A DNA stretch of 19,449 nucleotides from a virus (Duplodnaviria > Heunggongvirae > Uroviricota > Caudoviricetes). Position numbers and translations under genes: made by a program. The stretch's first letter is position 1. Every line of letters starts with the position of its first letter. The notes under the pieces were generated by a model, which was given only the letters and a program-made list of their open reading frames with translations, had not been told where the DNA came from and did not search any database. Below are positions 1 through 5,262 of this stretch, piece after piece. The stretch spans positions 1 through 19,449 of IMG/VR virus record IMGVR_UViG_3300009551_000045; one strand, 5' to 3'.

Positions 1-71
1 AATAGATTGGCCTGGATGCTTTGGAGTTCATCTATGGTTTGATTCTGATTAGGGGGTTGATTTGTAGCCAT
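1..71 (-). CDS. 5' end of a gene running off the window (MATNQPPNQNQTIDELQSIQANL...); tape measure protein candidate by position only
   Basis: ATG at 71-69, frame open to base 1 (translated by hand), GATATTTATA motif 4 nt upstream. It follows the sheath-tube-chaperone(frameshift) series, where tape measure genes usually lie. Only 23 codons are visible. Confidence 0.5.
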   Translation of the reverse strand, partial: MATNQPPNQNQTIDELQSIQANL

Positions 72-75
72 ATAA

Positions 76-85
76 TATAAATATC
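76..85 (-). promoter_or_regulatory. GATATTTATA motif, putative phage late promoter
   Basis: Same 10-mer at 1135-1144 and 5253-5262, and GATATTTATT twice at 4658-4677, always on the minus strand upstream of a start codon. Confidence 0.6.
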
Positions 86-113
86 AAAGCCGGGGCTATT
101 TTTTCCCGGCTTT
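86..113 (-). terminator. GC-rich hairpin, probable intrinsic terminator after the frameshift-extended chaperone gene
   Basis: Perfect 9-bp inverted repeat aaagccggg (86-94) / cccggcttt (105-113) with a 10-nt loop containing the TAG (98-96) of the +1-frame ORF. The U-tract on the minus strand is short (TTTGATATTT). Confidence 0.65.
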
Positions 114-374
114 TGTAACATATGCTTCTGATTTTGATCGTTTTTTAGGAGGAACTCTCTTTGAAAGATCCGTTGTACTGGTTAATATCTTGTTTTTCTT
201 ATCTATTTCATCTGCAAGTTTCTGATTTTCATCAGATATCTTCATTATATAATACTTTCTGAGATAAGTCGGCATTTCGTAAGCATCCGTAAAAGTATAA
301 GCTCCTTTGGATTCTCTAACTAAAAAATCGATCTCATCATATAATATTTTTTTATAGGAGATATGGAGATCGAA
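96..374 (-). CDS. Frameshift-accessed C-terminal extension of the gp26-like chaperone (analogue of the T part of lambda gpGT); alternatively a separate 59-aa ORF from ATG 275
   Basis: Hand translation of the +1 frame: FDLHISYKKILYDEIDFLVRESKGAYTFTDAYEMPTYLRKYYIMKISDENQKLADEIDKKNKILTSTTDLSKRVPPKKRSKSEAYVTKAGKK*. The frame is closed upstream by TAA at 389-387 and has no ATG until 275. The LYDEIDFL...YEMPTYLRKYY segment resembles small post-chaperone tail assembly domains (recognised by eye). Confidence 0.75.
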   Translation of the reverse strand, partial: FDLHISYKKILYDEIDFLVRESKGAYTFTDAYEMPTYLRKYYIMKISDENQKLADEIDKKNKILTSTTDLSKRVPPKKRSKSEAYVTKAGKK

Positions 375-1116
375 AAAAGGTAGTATTTATTGGTAACGGA
401 AGGCCCTCCAATACCTCGCCGTTTTCTAAGATATAATCGAATTTAAAATCTATACCAGGGGAATTTTCATACATATTTTTACCCAATTCAACTGAATCCA
501 TCGTTATCAATCCATTATTTACAAAGTCTCTAATTGCGGCGGTAGATCTATCTCCATTTACGGCTACAATTTTATGATACCAATGTATAGAAGCTTCTTT
601 GGTGTTTTCTTCATTATAATGCTTTTTCATTGCCGCAATTTCTGTAGCAATCGATTCCTCATCTTTATGAGTTAATAATTTATAAGTTATATTTACACCT
701 GTTATAGGTAACACAAATTCAAATTCATTCTTGCCAGGTTGAATAGATGATTCATTAAATGACTTATCTTTAATCGTAGTAAGATCTACTTTTATTTGCT
801 TTGGTTTATATTCTCCTGGTAAAAGATAATTTAAATCATAATACTTACCAAACATAAGTATTCTAGAAGCTACAAATATAGCATTTTTATCACCAACAAT
901 GATATCGTCATAATTTATCTTAGATACGATCAGCGATTTAATCAAACGAGTCATCGTAGTTCCTTCTTCTTTGAAAGAATCATTCGCTAAAATATCTTCT
1001 TGTGCGGCTCCGCCGAACATCATTTCTATTGTACCAGAACTTAATGGATTGTCTTTCGCGTATATAAGACCTTTTGAAGGAAGAGGAATAACCTGTGTGG
1101 GTTTTTGATAAGCCAT
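352..1116 (-). CDS. T4 gp26-like baseplate hub / tail assembly chaperone protein
   Basis: 254-aa ORF. The IPLPSKGLIY...QEDIL...LIVSKINYDDIIVGDKNAIFVASRILMFG pattern and C-terminal SPGIDFKF...LPLPINTTFF are typical of T4_baseplate-family proteins encoded after the tube gene in large phages. Confidence 0.75.
   Translation of the reverse strand: MAYQKPTQVIPLPSKGLIYAKDNPLSSGTIEMMFGGAAQEDILANDSFKEEGTTMTRLIKSLIVSKINYDDIIVGDKNAIFVASRILMFGKYYDLNYLLPGEYKPKQIKVDLTTIKDKSFNESSIQPGKNEFEFVLPITGVNITYKLLTHKDEESIATEIAAMKKHYNEENTKEASIHWYHKIVAVNGDRSTAAIRDFVNNGLITMDSVELGKNMYENSPGIDFKFDYILENGEVLEGLPLPINTTFFRSPYLL
370..381 (-). other. Putative programmed ribosomal frameshift site ACC TTT TTT CGA (+1, or the frame-equivalent -2)
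   Basis: It is the only homopolymer run within the ~32-nt window (386-355) where frame 0 and the +1 frame are both open. Phe-tRNA can re-pair TTT to TTC. Confidence 0.65.
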
Positions 1117-1134
1117 AACTTAATTATTTGTGTA

Positions 1135-1144
1135 TATAAATATC
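1135..1144 (-). promoter_or_regulatory. GATATTTATA motif, putative late promoter for the chaperone gene
   Basis: Exact copy, 18 nt upstream of ATG 1116 and just downstream of the terminator at 1151-1181. Confidence 0.6.
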
Positions 1145-1150
1145 ATATAA

Positions 1151-1181
1151 TAGAAAAACCTCCGGGTCTAAGCGGAGGTTT
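1151..1181 (-). terminator. Rho-independent terminator ending the sheath-tube-acidic protein transcript
   Basis: Minus strand reads AAACCTCCG-CTTAGACC-CGGAGGTTTTTCTA: 9-bp stem (1181-1173 / 1164-1156), 8-nt loop, U5 tract. Confidence 0.85.
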
Positions 1182-1225
1182 CTGATTCCGAAGGTAGCTC
1201 AGAATTACGAGTTCTGATACAATTT

Positions 1226-1822
1226 TTATAGTTCAAATCTATGATCCTTAATACGTTCTGCAACTTCGGCAGGCTTTTTGCCTTTCTTATGAGCTTTCGC
1301 TATATAAGGCATATATTTTTCTTTGATTTTCTTTCCATGACTTTCATCTTTACAATATTTACCAAGAGCTTTGACTACCTTATCACCAAATATATTGGCT
1401 TTTTCAGCATCTTCTTGCAAGATAGCATCTCTTGCATCTTTCATTTCAGCAATAACTTTGGTTGCTTCATGTAAATGTTTAGCTAATTTTCCTGAAAGTT
1501 TTTCAAGTTTCTTGTCTTTATTAGCTTCTGCAAATTCATTTAATGAATTAACATCTTCAGACAATCCTTGAAGAGTTGCGAATACTTCAGATACTTTGGG
1601 AGCAATTTCTTCTTCGTTAAGTTCTCCTTCTTCCGATGAACCTTCTTCTAATTCACCAGGCTTTACGAATTTTACATCATCTCCATTTTTAGTAGCATCT
1701 TTAGCTTTCTGCTTATTTTCTTCAGATGCTGAATCTGAAGTTCCATCCGGAGACGGAATCGTTAATTCTTCTTTAAGGATCTCTTTATAACATTCTCTTA
1801 CTAGGTCTTTAAATTTTTTCAT
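1226..1822 (-). CDS. Hypothetical phage protein with an acidic low-complexity N-half and a helical, Lys-rich C-half; possible internal head protein
   Basis: 198-aa ORF co-oriented 12 nt after the tube gene. Glu/Lys-rich with many (L/I)-x-E motifs. No family recognised with certainty. Confidence 0.75.
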   Translation of the reverse strand: MKKFKDLVRECYKEILKEELTIPSPDGTSDSASEENKQKAKDATKNGDDVKFVKPGELEEGSSEEGELNEEEIAPKVSEVFATLQGLSEDVNSLNEFAEANKDKKLEKLSGKLAKHLHEATKVIAEMKDARDAILQEDAEKANIFGDKVVKALGKYCKDESHGKKIKEKYMPYIAKAHKKGKKPAEVAERIKDHRFEL

Positions 1823-1834
1823 TAGTTTGTTAAA

Positions 1835-2323
1835 TTAGAAATTCAAGACGCAATAATCCATTTTCAAAATAATAGGTATCATCAAAGCTTGATCACCTGC
1901 AGACCAATCCAATTCGCCAAAAGCAGCATCTTTCACCCAAGATCCTATCATTTTCCATTCTCCGATTATATCTCCAACTGGTCCAACCAGTTCAAGTGTA
2001 ATATCTTTTTTATAGAAATCAGAATAACCAGCACGTCCTGTAACAGATTCATAACAAAGACGAGCCCATTCCATTACAGCTTGTTGTCCTGAAGGTGTAA
2101 TAGGATCGTATAATTCCATTGTTACATCCTGCCATTCTCTTTTACCAGCTACGAAGAAATAAGTATTGATATGATCAATTTTGATTTCTGCATCAGTAAA
2201 GTGGGGAGAAGTGACTTTTTTAATAATGTAGGATGGAATTCCATCAATATACATGTAGAAACGGTTAGCTACCTTTGGTTGAAAAGCAGTAAACATAATT
2301 TCGTTAGGGTCCAGAATCGACAT
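1835..2323 (-). CDS. Tail tube protein (T4 gp19-like)
   Basis: 162 aa directly after the sheath. The NRFYMYIDGIP...VAGKREWQDVTMELYDPITPSGQQAVMEW...YKKDITLELVGPVGDIIGEWKMIGSWVKDAAFGELDW...LKMDYC pattern is characteristic of gp19-like tubes. Confidence 0.93.
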   Translation of the reverse strand: MSILDPNEIMFTAFQPKVANRFYMYIDGIPSYIIKKVTSPHFTDAEIKIDHINTYFFVAGKREWQDVTMELYDPITPSGQQAVMEWARLCYESVTGRAGYSDFYKKDITLELVGPVGDIIGEWKMIGSWVKDAAFGELDWSAGDQALMIPIILKMDYCVLNF

Positions 2324-2349
2324 TGATATTTAATTAGTTATATTATTAA

Positions 2350-4617
2350 TTATTGTGAAACAACTGTACCATTAGAAATAAGAGTTCCTGTTGGGTTTAT
2401 TGTAAAATTCAATACGATATATTCCGCAGTTTTAGTTGGCCATACTCTTATTTCGCCGACTAATTCATTCTGATCGATAACATCAGCAGTATTATTAGTT
2501 TCATCCATTATTACCTGGATAGCATAAACACCTTGTTTAGATTGGACAAAAGAGAAATAAGGTCTTACAGCGTTTAAGAATTTATTTCTTGTTTGAGTAG
2601 TATTACCTTCAAATACAAGATATTTTGCAACAGATGCTGAGAATTTACGAAGATTGATAAGCAATCTACGAACATTGATCCTATTAAGAGCAGTATTTGC
2701 ACTTTGAAGTGTCTTTTGACCCCATACAGCAATACCAGTTCCTGGGAAATTAGCTATAGGGTTAATTTTAGCCGGATACAGGACATTTCTTTCTTTCTCC
2801 GATAGTTTATTAACCAAACCAACAACCCCTGAAATTCCACCTCTATTTAAACCAGCAGGAGCATACCATTCTTGACCGACTGAATCATTGTAAGCAATTA
2901 CTTGTGGTATAACTACAGAAGGCGGAACAGCCACTTTTTTATTATTAGAGCTATCAATTATTTTAACCCATGAATAATATACTGCTCCATAATTAGAGTC
3001 CAACGAAGCTGCACTAGCTTTAGCAGTAGCAATCGTATCATTTTGACCACAAAGATCTGGGATATATATCGCATCTGTTCTACTTTCTACTGTACTAAGA
3101 CCATATTGAACCACATAAGGATGTAATGTATTAATAACACCCGGCATAACCAACAGATTCATATCATATTGTTCAACATTAGATAATATATCCAAAGCAC
3201 GAATATAAGAAAGAGTTCCTGGTGCAGTAGATGTACTAAGATCAAATCCAAATAAATTACTTGGAGTTATATTAGCACCTGTATTTTTAATAACGGTATA
3301 ATTCATACCATCCAATCCACCTTGGAAAGGGACAAGGAACTTGTCATCTCCCGCAGGAAGTATAAAATTGGAATTATTACCTTGAGTAGCTTCTTTCGGA
3401 ATAGGATTAAGATAATTTAGATTATCTGTATTATTATAATTAAATCCAGAATATATCACAGAACTAGCCGTACTGTAAACCATACTAGCTGTAGGCAATG
3501 AATATCCTACAAATCCTGTGATTGTTTCATATACAGCCTCAAATCCTGCAGGATATACCTTCGGATCAATAGACCCATTCTTTACAGCATCACTTACCTC
3601 TACCCATACATAAGCAGAATTGTTAGGATAATCTCCATAATCAATTACTTTCTGTATATTTGAATCATATTTACTATATTCATCTCCAATTTTTTGGCTT
3701 ATATAAGAAGAGGCATCATCCGGATCTATTGTAAGATTATTAAATTGATCTACAATAGAGGGGACATTATCTGTATCATTGAAAGATCTCAAAAGAACAG
3801 AGAAAGTACTATATACTCCATCTACTGTGCTAGGTGAAATATCAGCAATAGCTAATTTCACGTCAATATTAGAGTCATTTCCAGGAGATATATGATGAAA
3901 TCTGAATAATCTTACACCACCTTCTGAAATGATCCACGGGGTTATAGCCTCACTATATCCACCTTGATTTGAACTTGTAAAAGTACAAGGGGCACTACTC
4001 AAAATAAGAGTAGCCTGATCAGAATAAGAAGAAGTACCTATAGCAACAGAAGCAGATAAATAATTATTGAATAACAAATAAGGAAATGCCGATCCTGTTT
4101 TAAAAGAAGGACTATTACCAAATATCTTTGTGATATAATTGTTATTTGTAGGATTCAAAGAAGAAGATGCCTGATAATTGACCGAGCTTCCACTTACATA
4201 TAAATTAAAACTATTCAAACTACCCGTAGCAAGTGTTGCCGAAAGTTCCGCTGCACCATCATTTGCGTTAATACTTGGATGTAAAACCGATAAAACAGAG
4301 CTTCCACTGACAAAAGCTGCCAATTTCCTAGAAGTTCCGTCAAAACCCCATCCCCCATCTCCTAAAATTCTTACAATTGTTGCTACAGGTGCAGATTTTA
4401 GATAATTTCTTACAGCATAAGGTATATAACTAGTTGGAGTTTCCTGGCCGAATTGAGCAGTAAAATCAGAAAAGGAATACACTGGTGTTGGTACATATGC
4501 AGGTCCCTTTAAAGTTGGTCCCACAAAGGCAGCACCAATTTGAGAAATACCCGATGCTACACCAGATAAATCTGTTTCTTGTGTAAAAACGCCAGGTGAT
4601 AGAAGTCTTCCAGCCAT
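2350..4617 (-). CDS. Contractile tail sheath protein (T4 gp18-like)
   Basis: 755 aa. N-terminal LSPGVFTQETDLS and AAFVGPTLKGP; C-terminal WYAPAGLNRG...INPIANFPGTGIAVWGQKTL...RINVRRLL...FEGNT...PTKTAEYIVLNF. All are hallmark sheath motifs. Confidence 0.97.
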   Translation of the reverse strand: MAGRLLSPGVFTQETDLSGVASGISQIGAAFVGPTLKGPAYVPTPVYSFSDFTAQFGQETPTSYIPYAVRNYLKSAPVATIVRILGDGGWGFDGTSRKLAAFVSGSSVLSVLHPSINANDGAAELSATLATGSLNSFNLYVSGSSVNYQASSSLNPTNNNYITKIFGNSPSFKTGSAFPYLLFNNYLSASVAIGTSSYSDQATLILSSAPCTFTSSNQGGYSEAITPWIISEGGVRLFRFHHISPGNDSNIDVKLAIADISPSTVDGVYSTFSVLLRSFNDTDNVPSIVDQFNNLTIDPDDASSYISQKIGDEYSKYDSNIQKVIDYGDYPNNSAYVWVEVSDAVKNGSIDPKVYPAGFEAVYETITGFVGYSLPTASMVYSTASSVIYSGFNYNNTDNLNYLNPIPKEATQGNNSNFILPAGDDKFLVPFQGGLDGMNYTVIKNTGANITPSNLFGFDLSTSTAPGTLSYIRALDILSNVEQYDMNLLVMPGVINTLHPYVVQYGLSTVESRTDAIYIPDLCGQNDTIATAKASAASLDSNYGAVYYSWVKIIDSSNNKKVAVPPSVVIPQVIAYNDSVGQEWYAPAGLNRGGISGVVGLVNKLSEKERNVLYPAKINPIANFPGTGIAVWGQKTLQSANTALNRINVRRLLINLRKFSASVAKYLVFEGNTTQTRNKFLNAVRPYFSFVQSKQGVYAIQVIMDETNNTADVIDQNELVGEIRVWPTKTAEYIVLNFTINPTGTLISNGTVVSQ

Positions 4618-4657
4618 TTATAGAAGTTTATTGGTAATTAATTGATCTTTATACAAT

Positions 4658-4677
4658 AATAAATATCAATAAATATC
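4658..4677 (-). promoter_or_regulatory. Tandem GATATTTATT x2 upstream of the sheath gene, putative duplicated late promoter
   Basis: Plus strand aataaatatc at 4658-4667 and 4668-4677, an exact head-to-tail 10-mer duplication; the proximal copy ends 40 nt upstream of ATG 4617. Confidence 0.6.
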
Positions 4678-4697
4678 GAGAAAAATGATTTTTCATA

Positions 4698-4958
4698 TTA
4701 GGTTATTTCACCCGTAGAAAGATCTACTTTAACTGACCCATATTTATTTGATAATGTTGAAGATAAAACTGATTCTTCTTCTAATATCTTATAATAAGTA
4801 GACAAATAGTTTTCTTTTGTAGATTTCAATTCATCAAGTTTCTTCTCTAATTGATCAATTTGTATTACAATTGATCCTATTTCGGGAAGAATTTTATCAT
4901 AACCATCTTTTATTTGAACGATTTTATCTAATTCTTCTTGTGATAACTTGTTACTCAT
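4698..4958 (-). CDS. Small coiled-coil phage protein of unknown function
   Basis: 86 aa with a heptad-like helix (IDQLEKKLDELKSTKENYL) and C-terminal KYGSVKVDLSTGEI; sits immediately upstream of the sheath. Confidence 0.85.
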   Translation of the reverse strand: MSNKLSQEELDKIVQIKDGYDKILPEIGSIVIQIDQLEKKLDELKSTKENYLSTYYKILEEESVLSSTLSNKYGSVKVDLSTGEIT

Positions 4959-4971
4959 AACTATTTATGTA

Positions 4972-5226
4972 TTAAGACTTTATAACGGAATTATTATTTA
5001 CATTATCTATCGGAGCAGTTTTAGATGCTCCATAATAAAAACCTGCTACAGCAGAGAATGCTCCACCGAAAACGAATCCAATAGCAGCATACATTATATC
5101 TTTGTTCTCAGGAGGTACTGGCTTTATTGTTAGCAAATACAAAAGAATAAAAACTCCTAATGTAATTATCACAGCCAAAATATTACGTATTTCTACATTT
5201 ACTATTTTTTTAAAAAATTCAGTCAT
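4972..5226 (-). CDS. Small two-TM membrane protein, holin-like
   Basis: 84 aa with two hydrophobic segments (ILAVIITLGVFILLYLLTI; IMYAAIGFVFGGAFSAVAGFYYG) followed by a FYYGASK motif like that of small phage holin-type proteins. No endolysin is visible in the window. Confidence 0.6.
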   Translation of the reverse strand: MTEFFKKIVNVEIRNILAVIITLGVFILLYLLTIKPVPPENKDIMYAAIGFVFGGAFSAVAGFYYGASKTAPIDNVNNNSVIKS

Positions 5227-5252
5227 AAAAAATAATTTAGTTTGGTTACTAT

Positions 5253-5262
5253 TATAAATATC
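5253..5262 (-). promoter_or_regulatory. GATATTTATA motif upstream of the holin-like gene
   Basis: Exact copy overlapping the TGA of the 886-aa gene, 26 nt upstream of ATG 5226. Confidence 0.55.

Noticed and set aside
372-379. Canonical -1 slippery heptamer (X XXY YYZ) at the chaperone frameshift site
   Set aside because: The in-frame heptamer is C TTT TTT, not a perfect X XXY YYZ, and the long open downstream frame is +1/-2 rather than -1.
2325-2334. GATATTTAAT on the plus strand between sheath and tube (possible antisense promoter)
   Set aside because: One mismatch, opposite orientation to all other copies, and in a nearly pure A/T spacer where chance matches are expected.
1835-4617. Sheath + tube as a bacterial contractile injection system (eCIS/T6SS/tailocin) rather than a phage
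   Set aside because: No Afp/PVC-type ATPase, Tss genes or bacterial flanking genes are seen; the gp26-like gene, multiple fibres, holin-like gene and phage-style promoter motif fit a large phage better. Capsid genes are outside the window, so this is not formally excluded.
4680-4694. gaaaaa-tga-tttttc inverted repeat upstream of the sheath promoter motifs
   Set aside because: Six almost all-A/T pairs with a 3-nt loop; too weak to call a terminator or operator.
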